From: Eubacteriales bacterium
GTDB lineage: Bacteria; Bacillota; Clostridia; Oscillospirales; CAG-272
Direction of reading: 5' to 3'
Assembly (NCBI GenBank): GCA_045533775.1
Contig: JAZSIK010000055.1
Coordinates: 18,182-82,181, forward strand
Length of the DNA stretch: 64,000 bases
A program made the position numbers and the translations under genes. Of the stretch, positions 55,462-64,000 are shown piece by piece (the stretch's first letter is position 1; each line of letters starts with the position of its first letter). A model generated the notes under the pieces. It did not search any database. It saw only the letters and a list, made by a program, of their open reading frames with translations, and was not told where the DNA came from.

Positions 55462-56031
55462 ATGAGCGAAGCAAGTAAATATCAGAAAAAGATAATTACT
55501 ATCCCTAATATCCTTTCTTTTATCAGAATACTGCTGATACCCGTTATCGTATGGCTGTATATAGGCAAGCAGGATTATCTTATGACGGGAATCGTTGTAA
55601 TAATTTCGGGTCTTACCGATGTGGTTGACGGAACTATTGCAAGAAAGTTTAATATGATAAGTGATGTGGGAAAGGTGCTTGACCCCTTCGCCGACAAGGC
55701 AACTCAGATCGTGGTTATGCTCCTGCTTACAATGAGCTTCCCTCTTATGCTGATGCCCATCATTATGATGGCGCTGAAGGAGCTGTTTATGCTGATCAGC
55801 GGATACCTTATCGTAAAGAGATGTGACATTGTGCTCGGCGCTCATTGGCACGGCAAGCTGGCGACGGTTATGCTCACTGCCGTAATGTCGCTGCACCTTG
55901 TATGGCACGACATCATTCCTCTCGTTTCAACCATTCTTATCTGTCTTTGCACGGCTCTGATCCTGTTGTCCTTTGTTCTCTACGCAAAGAGAAATCTTGA
56001 ATATTTATTGGGTAAAAACAAGGCAGAATAA
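55462..56031 (+). CDS. pgsA: CDP-alcohol phosphatidyltransferase (PgsA-like)
   Basis: DVVDGTIARK...G-x3-D-x3-D (DPFADK) motif. TTGACA-17-TATAAT promoter at 55386-55414 forces the downstream ATG that has a GGAGG RBS. Confidence 0.75.
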   Translation: MSEASKYQKKIITIPNILSFIRILLIPVIVWLYIGKQDYLMTGIVVIISGLTDVVDGTIARKFNMISDVGKVLDPFADKATQIVVMLLLTMSFPLMLMPIIMMALKELFMLISGYLIVKRCDIVLGAHWHGKLATVMLTAVMSLHLVWHDIIPLVSTILICLCTALILLSFVLYAKRNLEYLLGKNKAE

Positions 56032-56072
56032 AAAATAGCAATAAAAAAACGCGGCCGATCAGGTCGCGTTTT

Positions 56073-56363
56073 TTATTTTAGCAGCTTGGAAATATCAAGA
56101 AGCCTGTCGCGGATCTTTATGCGAGGGGGACACACCTTCTCGCATCTGCCGCAGACGATACACTCGCCCGCTCGCCGAAGTCCAAGGTCGGTGACAAGCT
56201 CTCTTTCCATCTCAAGAGCCGCCTCCATATCTCCCGTTTTGCCAAGATGGTTCATAGCGGCAAATGAGCCGGATATTCCTATCTGCATAGGACACACCCG
56301 CTGACACCTGTTACAGGAAATACAGGGGATATGATCGTATGTTGTTTTTCCATCTGTGTTCAT
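56073..56363 (-). CDS. stand-alone 2x[4Fe-4S]-type domain protein (possibly a remnant of a larger oxidoreductase)
   Basis: CISCNRCQRVCP and CIVCGRCEKVCP. Confidence 0.55.
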   Translation of the reverse strand: MNTDGKTTYDHIPCISCNRCQRVCPMQIGISGSFAAMNHLGKTGDMEAALEMERELVTDLGLRRAGECIVCGRCEKVCPPRIKIRDRLLDISKLLK

Positions 56364-56479
56364 AGCCGTCTCCCTTCTTTTTTCATTATATCATATATAT
56401 TTCGCTTTTTCAAGAGTATGTTTCGGTTGACAAAAGTCCGCTGTGATGATATAATAGCCACAAAGGAGGGAGCAGGATT

Positions 56480-57235
56480 ATGGCACAGTATCATATCAGC
56501 GAGAGTGATCTCGTAATAGAAAACAAGACATTCAGCGGATCAGGCTACGCCCGTGAGATTATGGACGACGGCTCGCACAAAGGCACGTTCCGAAGCTATA
56601 CTCTGCTGGTTGACGGTGACAACGTCTGCTTCAGAGGTTGTGTATTTGAGAATACGGCGGGACGGGGCAAGGAGGTCGGCCAGGCGATTGCTCTTTATCT
56701 TGACGGCGACGGTATCCAGCTTGAAAACTGCACTCTCAGAGGGCATCAGGACACGCTCTTTCTCGCTCCCCTGCCCGACAAGGAGATAATACCCGGCGGC
56801 TTTATCGGGCCGAAGCAATTTACCGAGAGAAAGAGGCGCACCGTTCATTTCAAGAACTGTGTGATTGAGGGTGGCGTGGACTTTATCTTTGGCGGCGCTA
56901 CGGCTTACTTTGACGGCTGCGAGTTTGTCAGCGTTGAGGAGGGATATGTGTTTGCGCCCTCTACGCCTGCCGATGTGGAGGTAGGATTTGTCTGCCGTAA
57001 CTGCCGATTTACCGCTGCAGAGTCGGTGGAGGATGGCTCCTGCTACATTGCTCGCCCCTGGAGAAATCACGGATATGTGCGGCTTGAGGACTGCTATCTC
57101 GGTAAGCATATAAATCCTCTTGGCTTTGACGATTGGGGCAAGACAGAGGCGCACGAGACGGTGAGATTCTACGAGGTAGATTCATACGGCCCCGGCGCAG
57201 AAGGCGAAAGGCCTGATTATGTGAACAGAAAATAA
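56480..57235 (+). CDS. pectinesterase (CE8), no signal peptide
   Basis: [17 protein letters not shown] and DFIFGG catalytic motifs. Confidence 0.85.
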   Translation: MAQYHISESDLVIENKTFSGSGYAREIMDDGSHKGTFRSYTLLVDGDNVCFRGCVFENTAGRGKEVGQAIALYLDGDGIQLENCTLRGHQDTLFLAPLPDKEIIPGGFIGPKQFTERKRRTVHFKNCVIEGGVDFIFGGATAYFDGCEFVSVEEGYVFAPSTPADVEVGFVCRNCRFTAAESVEDGSCYIARPWRNHGYVRLEDCYLGKHINPLGFDDWGKTEAHETVRFYEVDSYGPGAEGERPDYVNRK

Positions 57236-57413
57236 AACGCTCTATATATTTACAGGAATACGGTATATCCGAAAGGGTATGCCGTGTTTTTTTCTCTGCC
57301 CGATCAAACGATATATATCAGATAGATCCATTGACACGGAAAGGGTGTCTGTTCGTCAAAAATCAACATATACTGTAATGGTGATTCACCAAAATCAGCA
57401 AAGGAGATGCTAT

Positions 57414-58496
57414 ATGAACAGATACAATCCGTTTATGCAAGGCAACAACGATCAATGCCGCGACAACCGCCAAAGCGCTTATCAGAACGACTGTGAAAGC
57501 AGCCGAAATAAGCAGGATCGTTGTGATTGCCACAACGATCGTCACAATAAAAATAAAACGCCCTGCGTTTACTGCACACCGGGCCCACAGGGTCCTCAGG
57601 GACCGAGAGGTGAAACAGGTCCACGGGGACCACAAGGATTTCAAGGTGTTCCCGGCCCTCAGGGTCCGCAGGGATTACAGGGTGAGATGGGACCCACAGG
57701 TCCTCAGGGTATTCAAGGCGAAATTGGTCCCGCGGGTCCTCAGGGTATTCAAGGCGAAATTGGTCCCGCGGGTCCTCAAGGTATACAAGGTGAGGTTGGC
57801 CCCGCAGGTCCTCAGGGTGAAGTTGGTCCCGCAGGTCCTCAAGGTATACAAGGCGAGGTTGGCCCCGTAGGTCCTCAGGGTGAAGTAGGCCCTGCCGGTC
57901 CTCAGGGTATTCAGGGCGAGGTTGGTCCCGCAGGTCCTCAGGGTATTCAAGGCGAAGTTGGTCCCGCCGGTCCTCAGGGTCCGCAAGGTGAGGTTGGTCC
58001 CGCAGGTCCTCAGGGTATTCAAGGCGAAATTGGTCCCGCAGGTCCTCAGGGTATTCAAGGACTTTCCGGCGGCGTATTAAGCTATGCCGATTTTTACGCT
58101 CTGATGCCGCCAGATAATGCGGCGGTCGTTGCGCCCGGAGCCGATGTCAGCTTCCCTCAAAACGGACCGATCGCCAACACCAATATTGGCCGCGCTGATC
58201 AATTCTCCTTTATTCTCGGTCCTGTCGGCGTCTATCAGGTACTGTTCCAGGTAGGCGTTACCGAGGCGGGACAGCTGCTGTTGACCTTAAACGGTCAGGA
58301 ATTGGATTATACCGTTGTGGGTCGTGCTACCGGAACATCTCAGATAGTGGGAATGGCCATAGTGGCAACTACCGATACCAACGCTATTCTTACCGTCCGT
58401 AACCCTGCCGATAATGCCGCGGCACTTACCATCACACCGCTTGCCGGTGGAACTCAACCCGTGTCGGCACATCTCGTTATCACGCAAATAGGATAA
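57414..58496 (+). CDS. collagen-like protein with a BclA-type C-terminal domain (exosporium/spore-surface type)
   Basis: AAGGAG RBS. 54 uninterrupted G-X-Y triplets. C-terminal beta-rich domain ending [11 protein letters not shown]. Confidence 0.85.
   Translation: MNRYNPFMQGNNDQCRDNRQSAYQNDCESSRNKQDRCDCHNDRHNKNKTPCVYCTPGPQGPQGPRGETGPRGPQGFQGVPGPQGPQGLQGEMGPTGPQGIQGEIGPAGPQGIQGEIGPAGPQGIQGEVGPAGPQGEVGPAGPQGIQGEVGPVGPQGEVGPAGPQGIQGEVGPAGPQGIQGEVGPAGPQGPQGEVGPAGPQGIQGEIGPAGPQGIQGLSGGVLSYADFYALMPPDNAAVVAPGADVSFPQNGPIANTNIGRADQFSFILGPVGVYQVLFQVGVTEAGQLLLTLNGQELDYTVVGRATGTSQIVGMAIVATTDTNAILTVRNPADNAAALTITPLAGGTQPVSAHLVITQIG
57582..58067 (+). repeat. collagen G-X-Y coding repeat (54 triplets, with higher-order GPQGIQGE(I/V)GPA units)
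   Basis: Counted directly from the translation. Confidence 0.9.
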
Positions 58497-58541
58497 GGCA
58501 TAAATGAAAAAAGGGGCGCCGTGGTGCTGCCCCTTTTATTC

Positions 58542-58618
58542 TGGTGGAAACGGGTGGACTTGAACCACTGACCCCCTGCATGTCAAGCAGGTACTCTGAC
58601 CAACTGAGCTACGCTTCC
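58542..58618 (-). tRNA. tRNA-Val (anticodon GAC), CCA encoded
   Basis: Hand-folded: GGAAGCG acceptor stem, anticodon loop UUGACAU, T-loop TTCAAGT. Confidence 0.9.
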
Positions 58619-58750
58619 GTGCTTTTTTATTATACACTATGCTATATACTTTGTCAATATAATTTTGTACTTGCAAAATACTTTTATTTGTGGTATACTG
58701 TATAAGTTAGAGAATAAAAACACAGTAAACATACAGAAAGAGGTATAAAA

Positions 58751-60175
58751 ATGGCAAAAAGCGTTCAGGACATTCTGGCACTTATAAAAGAGAAAGACAT
58801 CAAGATGGTGGACTTTAAGATGGTGGACATCAACGGTCAGTACCGTCATGTTACTATTCCCGCGGACAACTTCTCCGAGGAGGTTATGACCTACGGTATC
58901 GGATTTGACGCATCTAACTACGGCTATGCTGTGGTTGAGAAGAGCGATATGGTGTTTATACCCGACCCCGACACCGCTCTCGTAGATCCCTTCTGCGATA
59001 TTCCCACCCTGTCTATGACCGGTAATGCGATGATCATTGATTATCCCAAGAACCGTCCCCTGCCCCAGTATCCCAGAAACATTATCAAGGCAGCCGTTGA
59101 GCATATGAAGGAGAGCGGAGTGGCAGATGAGATGAAGATTCTGCCCGAGTTTGAGTTCTACCTCTTTGACGACATTGGCTGGGAGGTCAGCGGCAACTCT
59201 ATCGGTGTTTCTCTTGATGCAAAGCAGTCCTACTGGAACAGCGCAGTTCAGGGTCAGGGCGTTATCGTACCCAAGCAGAAGAACTATCACATAGCAAAGC
59301 CCTTTGACACCTCCTACGAGTGCAGAAGCGAGATGTGTATGCATATGCTTGACGCGGGCATTGAGATAAACTATCATCACCCCGAGGTTGCGGCAAGCGG
59401 TCAGTTTGAGATTGAGCCTCAGCTCGGCGAGGTAGTTCATATGGCTGATGCTACAATGATGATCAAATATATCATCCACAACACCGCTCTCAAGTACGGC
59501 AAGAGTGCGACCTTTATGCCCAAGCCCATTTACGGTGAGGCAGGCAGCGGTATGCACGTTCACATGCTGCTCTTCAAGGACGGTCAGCCCGTATTCTCGG
59601 ATGACAACGGCTATGCTCATCTCTCCGAGACTGCACACTACTTTATGGGAGGTCTCTTGAAGCATATTGCCTCTCTCTGCGCTATCACCAACCCCTCTAC
59701 AAACTCCTTCAAGCGACTCGTACCCGGCTTTGAGGCTCCTGTAACCGTTGGCTACGCTACATCCAACAGATCTGCGGTTATCAGAATCCCCGCATATGCA
59801 AAGAGCCCTGACAAGCGTCGCTTTGAGCTTCGCAACCCCGACGCGACCTGCAACCCCTATTTCTGCTACGCGGCTATACTTATGGCAGGTCTTGACGGTG
59901 TGAAGAACAAGATTGATCCTCATAAGGAGGGCTGGGGTCCCTATGACTTCAACCTCTTCCACCTCTCCGACGAGGAGAAGGCAAAGCTTAAGGGTCTGCC
60001 CACCTCTCTGTCCGAGGCACTTGACGCCCTGGAGGCCGATCACGACTACCTTACCGCAGGCGGTGTATTCCCCGAGGAGCTGCTGAAGAACTTTATCAAG
60101 ACCAAGAGAGCCGAGTGCGCTGAGATGGCTAAGATCCCCCACCCTGCTGAGTTTGATAAGTATTATAACCTTTAA
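58751..60175 (+). CDS. glnA: glutamine synthetase, type I
   Basis: GSGMHVHMLLF, NPSTNSFKRLVPGFEAP and RIPA...RRFELRNPDATCNPY motifs. Confidence 0.95.
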   Translation: MAKSVQDILALIKEKDIKMVDFKMVDINGQYRHVTIPADNFSEEVMTYGIGFDASNYGYAVVEKSDMVFIPDPDTALVDPFCDIPTLSMTGNAMIIDYPKNRPLPQYPRNIIKAAVEHMKESGVADEMKILPEFEFYLFDDIGWEVSGNSIGVSLDAKQSYWNSAVQGQGVIVPKQKNYHIAKPFDTSYECRSEMCMHMLDAGIEINYHHPEVAASGQFEIEPQLGEVVHMADATMMIKYIIHNTALKYGKSATFMPKPIYGEAGSGMHVHMLLFKDGQPVFSDDNGYAHLSETAHYFMGGLLKHIASLCAITNPSTNSFKRLVPGFEAPVTVGYATSNRSAVIRIPAYAKSPDKRRFELRNPDATCNPYFCYAAILMAGLDGVKNKIDPHKEGWGPYDFNLFHLSDEEKAKLKGLPTSLSEALDALEADHDYLTAGGVFPEELLKNFIKTKRAECAEMAKIPHPAEFDKYYNL

Positions 60176-60184
60176 TTTTCATAG

Positions 60185-60217
60185 AAAAAGAGAGAGCGAA
60201 ATGCTCTCTCTTTTTTT
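60185..60217. terminator. intrinsic terminator after glnA
   Basis: gagagagc-gaaat-gctctctc followed by T7. Confidence 0.75.
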
Positions 60218-60230
60218 CATTTTTTTGAAA

Positions 60231-60755
60231 TCATCTTTTACTGTAAAGAGTATTGATAACGGTCTGAACAAGCTGGGCATCGGCATTTGTCTCGGTGATG
60301 GTAATACTATATGTATAATTACCGATGGTAGCAATCAGTGCGGTCTGTTTCATTTTTGTTCCCGAAACGGTCGCATTATACGAGAGCTTGGTGTAATTTA
60401 CATTGTTTGTAGTCTCGTGTGATACGGCAACACCGGATATCTTCATTCCCATCGCCTCATAAGCGGGCTTAAGCGACTCATTAAAAGACTCAACGGTAAG
60501 ATCATCATAAGCGTCCGTCTTGCTCTCATATACAACGGTGATATTATTACCGACACCGGCGGGATTGATAAGCATAACGACGCTGCCCGACTGCATAGAC
60601 CAATCCTCAGGATATGCAAAGGAGAGGTCCGAGTTTTCATAAAGCTTATATCCCTCGGGAATCTCGGGAGGAGTATCAGCAGTGCAGGAAGAAACGGCAA
60701 GCACCGAGCACATCATAAGCGCGAGTAAAAGTAGCATTGAAACTGTTTTTTTCAT
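60231..60755 (-). CDS. putative lipoprotein
   Basis: GGAGGA RBS. Signal peptide with lipobox LAVSSC. Confidence 0.5.
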   Translation of the reverse strand: MKKTVSMLLLLALMMCSVLAVSSCTADTPPEIPEGYKLYENSDLSFAYPEDWSMQSGSVVMLINPAGVGNNITVVYESKTDAYDDLTVESFNESLKPAYEAMGMKISGVAVSHETTNNVNYTKLSYNATVSGTKMKQTALIATIGNYTYSITITETNADAQLVQTVINTLYSKR

Positions 60756-60833
60756 AGATAAATCCTCCAATTCTTTTTTCTTAATTATAGCATTTTATGA
60801 TTTTTTTGTCAAGATATATACATAGTTAAATAG

Positions 60834-61286
60834 TTAATGAATGAGCGAGTCTAAAATCGCCTCACATCCTTCGGTAACGTCCCGATAGGTTGCCTCAAAG
60901 TTGCCTGTGTACCAGGGATCTGCCACATCTCCGCCGCGGTCGGTGAGATCAAGCAGCTTTACCACCTTGCCCTCCGGGTCAGAGCCGAAAATGCGGATCA
61001 TATTGCGTACATTATAGCTATCCATACCAATGAACAGATCGTATTTTCCATAATCCGAGCGGGTGAGCTGAACTGCCTCGCGGCGATGGTATGGGATGCC
61101 GTATTTATCAAGTATATGGCGGGTGCCGCGATGGATATCGTTACCTATCTCCTCGGTGGATGTGGCGGAGGAGAAGGCTGTGATCCTGTCGGAGATGCCG
61201 CGCTTTTTGATCATATCAAGCAAAACATATTCTGCCATAGGACTGCGGCAAATATTACCGTGGCAGACGAACATAATTTTAATCAT
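60834..61286 (-). CDS. low-molecular-weight protein-tyrosine phosphatase
   Basis: VCHGNICRSP P-loop and a DP motif near the C-terminus. Confidence 0.9.
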   Translation of the reverse strand: MIKIMFVCHGNICRSPMAEYVLLDMIKKRGISDRITAFSSATSTEEIGNDIHRGTRHILDKYGIPYHRREAVQLTRSDYGKYDLFIGMDSYNVRNMIRIFGSDPEGKVVKLLDLTDRGGDVADPWYTGNFEATYRDVTEGCEAILDSLIH

Positions 61287-61978
61287 AATTTTACCTCTAC
61301 CGGTTGGTCGGCGACAATGGAATCGGGGGTGATTATGCTATCGTAGGCGTAGATCCTGACCCCCTCTGCCTCTGCGCGTCGGAGGGCATCTCCAAACGCC
61401 CTGTGAGTTATGTCATTGGGGCGGAACTCATATACTCCCTTCATCTGAATAATAAAGAGAATGGCGGCGCCGTATCCCTCCCGCCTGAGAGAGATAAGCT
61501 CCTCAATATGCTTGACTCCGCGCTCTGTGGGGGCGTCCGGGAAGGAAGCCACTCCCCCGCTCTCAAGGGTGCATCCCTTTACCTCAAGGAAGGTAATACG
61601 ATCGCCCTCCTCAATGCAAAAATCAAAGCGACTGTTACCCTGTGTCACCTCGCGGCGAATACGGGTCGCTCCCTTGAAAAGTCCGCCGGAGCCGAGCAGC
61701 TCAGCCGCCACCTCGTTCGGTGCCTGGGAGTCCATATTTATGAGCAGAAAGCTGCCATCGGACAGGCACTTTTCCACCGCAACAAGATCGTATTTTGTCC
61801 TTCGCTCTCTGCCGCCCGGCTCCTCAAGATAGACGGTTGCCCCCTCTGTCAGCAGCTCCCGACAGCGGCCTGTATTCTTCACATGGGCAACGACCTCCTC
61901 ACCGTTCAGAAGGCAGTGAGCGATAAAGCGATTGGGGCGGGAAAGGAAAACTGCTTTATGTATGTTTTTATACTTCAT
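61283..61978 (-). CDS. sfsA: sugar fermentation stimulation protein A homologue (nuclease-like)
   Basis: FLSRPNRFIAHC...HVKNTGRCRELL, canonical SfsA N-terminus. Confidence 0.9.
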   Translation of the reverse strand: MKYKNIHKAVFLSRPNRFIAHCLLNGEEVVAHVKNTGRCRELLTEGATVYLEEPGGRERRTKYDLVAVEKCLSDGSFLLINMDSQAPNEVAAELLGSGGLFKGATRIRREVTQGNSRFDFCIEEGDRITFLEVKGCTLESGGVASFPDAPTERGVKHIEELISLRREGYGAAILFIIQMKGVYEFRPNDITHRAFGDALRRAEAEGVRIYAYDSIITPDSIVADQPVEVKL

Positions 61979-61990
61979 CTTGTTTCTGCT

Positions 61991-63103
61991 TTAATTTATC
62001 TGTCTGTTTCTTGATTTTTCATATGCTCGGTTAATCAGAGCAAGCTCACACTCAACATCCTGCCTATAAGGAAAGCTCTTGGTCTTTTTGTTGAAAAATG
62101 CGAGAATATCCTCTGCCGCACGCTCGTCCTTATCGCGCAGAAGAGCGATGATGTATCGTGTGCGAATAACCGATGGATATGCCTTCATAGACTGCATCAG
62201 CTGTGTAAGCTCGGGGGTTATCAGCTCCGAAACATCTGCCTCGGGATCATTGATAAGGCGGCAGCTGATCAGGTCGCAGGTAAGCAGATTTTTATGCAAT
62301 CCGAGTATGTTATAGCCGCTTGAAAAAAGCTCTGTTATTTCGCTCTCGCATGCCGCGAGATCGCCGCTGTCAAGCGTCCTGTTCACCGCAAAGACTGCCA
62401 TTGATGCACAGTGTACATTCTGCATATCCGCCCCCTCCTTAAGAGTGAACCACTCGGGCGGCATTTCACACAGACGAGTGCCCTCGGTCTGCGCGGCATT
62501 TATCATCAGAGTCTTGCGCATAGCATCGGCGGCATCGGGATTTTTAGACAGGTGGTGGGCGTTCATACCGTCGTTTGCAATACCGCCAAGGTTGAGCGGA
62601 ATGCCGTTGGTGACGAGAGTTATGAGCGAGAACGCCGCGCTCATCCAAAGAAATGTGCTGAGAAGATATATCTCTGGCAGCAGGACATACAGCACACCGC
62701 AGATGATGGCGAAGATGAGGTTGGCTATTACACCGCCCAGGTTATAAAGTATGACCTGCGCCCTCGTCTCTTCCCTTTCCGGTGGGATCATAAGACACTG
62801 ACCGCCCGTACCCATGAGCTTGAAGCGGCGGAAGCGAAGTCTGCCGTTTTGTTTTATAAGCATAAGGCTCCACACGCGGAAGGAGCAGAATCTGTATCCC
62901 GCCATAAGTCCGAAAACAAGATGTCCTCCCTCGTGGACTATGATACCCACATTATATGCAAGGAACAGACCAAGGAGGAGATCAAGCATATATGCAATAC
63001 CCTCACTGCCGTTCATAAGCGCACCGAGAAAGGCGAGTCCGTAATATACACCGACAATGACCGCCATAACATAAATTGCGATCTTCAAAAGCTTTTTCAT
63101 CAT
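61991..63103 (-). CDS. membrane HExxH (HEGGH) M50-like protein with a helical C-terminal soluble domain
   Basis: IVHEGGHLVFG lies in a TM helix. Paralogous motif to the 1083-1760 gene. Confidence 0.55.
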   Translation of the reverse strand: MMKKLLKIAIYVMAVIVGVYYGLAFLGALMNGSEGIAYMLDLLLGLFLAYNVGIIVHEGGHLVFGLMAGYRFCSFRVWSLMLIKQNGRLRFRRFKLMGTGGQCLMIPPEREETRAQVILYNLGGVIANLIFAIICGVLYVLLPEIYLLSTFLWMSAAFSLITLVTNGIPLNLGGIANDGMNAHHLSKNPDAADAMRKTLMINAAQTEGTRLCEMPPEWFTLKEGADMQNVHCASMAVFAVNRTLDSGDLAACESEITELFSSGYNILGLHKNLLTCDLISCRLINDPEADVSELITPELTQLMQSMKAYPSVIRTRYIIALLRDKDERAAEDILAFFNKKTKSFPYRQDVECELALINRAYEKSRNRQIN

Positions 63104-63567
63104 TCAAGTCCTCCGAAATCATTTTGTCTCAGCAGCTCGTATACCGCGATTGCAACAGAATTTGAGAGATTCAGACATCTGAGTGTGCTGCGCATCGGGA
63201 TACGAACGCTGCGCTCGGGATTCTGCTCCACCAGCTCTCGCGGCAGCCCCACCGATTCCCTGCCGAAAACCAGATAGGCGTTGTCGGGATATGTAATATC
63301 GGTATGGCGGATGTGCGCGTGGGCAGAAAAGAAATAAAGCTCCCCTCCCTCATTTTTGCTGAGAAAATCCTCATAGCTCTCGTAATAGGTAACATCCAGC
63401 TTATCCCAATAGTCAAGGCCCGCCCGCTTAAGAGTGCGGTCGGATATTTCAAAGCCTGTGGGCTTTATTATATGAAGTCTTGCGCCTGTGACGGCGCAGG
63501 TGCGCGAGATGTTTCCCGTATTCTGCGGTATCTCGGGACAGTACAGTACAATGTTTATCTTAGGCAT
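63100..63567 (-). CDS. trmL: tRNA (cytidine/uridine34-2'-O)-methyltransferase
   Basis: SPOUT family: PEIPQNTGNISRTC and LNLSNSVAIAVYE. Confidence 0.9.
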   Translation of the reverse strand: MPKINIVLYCPEIPQNTGNISRTCAVTGARLHIIKPTGFEISDRTLKRAGLDYWDKLDVTYYESYEDFLSKNEGGELYFFSAHAHIRHTDITYPDNAYLVFGRESVGLPRELVEQNPERSVRIPMRSTLRCLNLSNSVAIAVYELLRQNDFGGLE

Positions 63568-63716
63568 TTGTTTTTTCCGTTTTTATTTTATTTTAACATA
63601 AATATGGGATAATTGCAATAAAATATAAGATTTTTACAATTTGGTCTTTATTTTTTTCATTTTGTGTGATATAATAAATTGGTTTAATATATTTCCATAG
63701 CGAAAGGATAATAAAT

Positions 63717-64000
63717 ATGGGAATCTTCAGCTCGCTTTTTAAGAGTTACAGCGAAAAGCAAATAAAGAAAATTATGCCTCTCGTAGATGCGACCGAGGCG
63801 CTGGCAGATAAGTTTGGCGCGATGAGTGACGCAGAGCTGAGAGCGTACACAGATAAGCTCAAGGGTGATCTGGCAAACGGCAAGACCCTTGACGACATAC
63901 TGCCCGAGGCCTTTGCCCTTGTCAGAGAGGCAGATGACAGAGTACTGGGCAAGCGCCCCTTCCGCGTTCAGATCATAGGCGGTATACTGCTTCATCAGGG
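63717..64000 (+). CDS. secA: preprotein translocase ATPase SecA, N-terminal end (partial, open at window end)
   Basis: Hand-translated MGIFSSLFKSYSEKQIKK...LPEAFALVREADDRVLGKRPFRVQIIGGILLHQ. Not in the ORF track because it has no stop codon within the window. Confidence 0.9.
   Translation, partial: MGIFSSLFKSYSEKQIKKIMPLVDATEALADKFGAMSDAELRAYTDKLKGDLANGKTLDDILPEAFALVREADDRVLGKRPFRVQIIGGILLHQ

Noticed and set aside
58637-60142. 501-aa minus-strand ORF covering glnA.
   Set aside because: It is antisense to a canonical glutamine synthetase. It has no RBS or motifs, and the same codon-bias shadow explanation applies.

Overview
This 64-kb chromosomal segment appears to come from a spore-forming Firmicute of Clostridia type. 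That taxonomic call is an inference from spoIIR, ricT/yaaT, a BclA-type collagen protein, and T-box and L-box leaders. Most of the window is housekeeping. It runs from the proS 3' end through potABCD, dCMP deaminase, AlaX, an RluA-family synthase, trxA, an acyl-ACP thioesterase, spoIIR, smpB, an ArsR/HMA/P-type ATPase metal-efflux cluster, holB-ricT, rsmI, lepB-rbgA-rnhB-yraN-thrC and tig-clpP-clpX. It continues with an L-box-controlled dapA-dapB-ddh-lysA operon, pepF, a GPH symporter/GH36 alpha-galactosidase/galM cluster, T-box-tyrS, tRNA-Lys, tRNA-Pro, tRNA-Val, glnA, sfsA, trmL and the secA 5' end. I found no transposase, integrase, CRISPR array or recognisable multi-gene defence system. 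The loci not explained by routine annotation are listed here. (1) A visibly AT-rich islet (about 32.6-34.6 kb) holds a membrane-anchored NERD/Zn-ribbon gene. It is divergently paired with an orphan consensus-promoter-to-terminator unit of about 450 nt that has a structured 5' half, an SD-preceded 32-codon Cys/Ser-rich sORF, and helically phased 10/11-bp repeats downstream. (2) A perfect 40-bp copy of the 5' half of tRNA-Pro lies 277 bp upstream of the intact gene, and the only good promoter sits next to the broken copy. (3) A 1084-aa surface protein has a cytoplasmic uL15-like tail. (4) There is a COG0523 metallochaperone pair: one member carries six 39-bp His/Cys-coding tandem repeats, and the other lacks the CxCC motif and is fused to a CC-motif domain. 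(5) Several genes are degenerate or truncated: a BirA-like protein, a potA Walker-B Asp-to-Ala change, a GH3 remnant and an Fe-S remnant. Start codons were adjusted by eye from SD spacing. All family assignments rest on motif recognition, not database searches.
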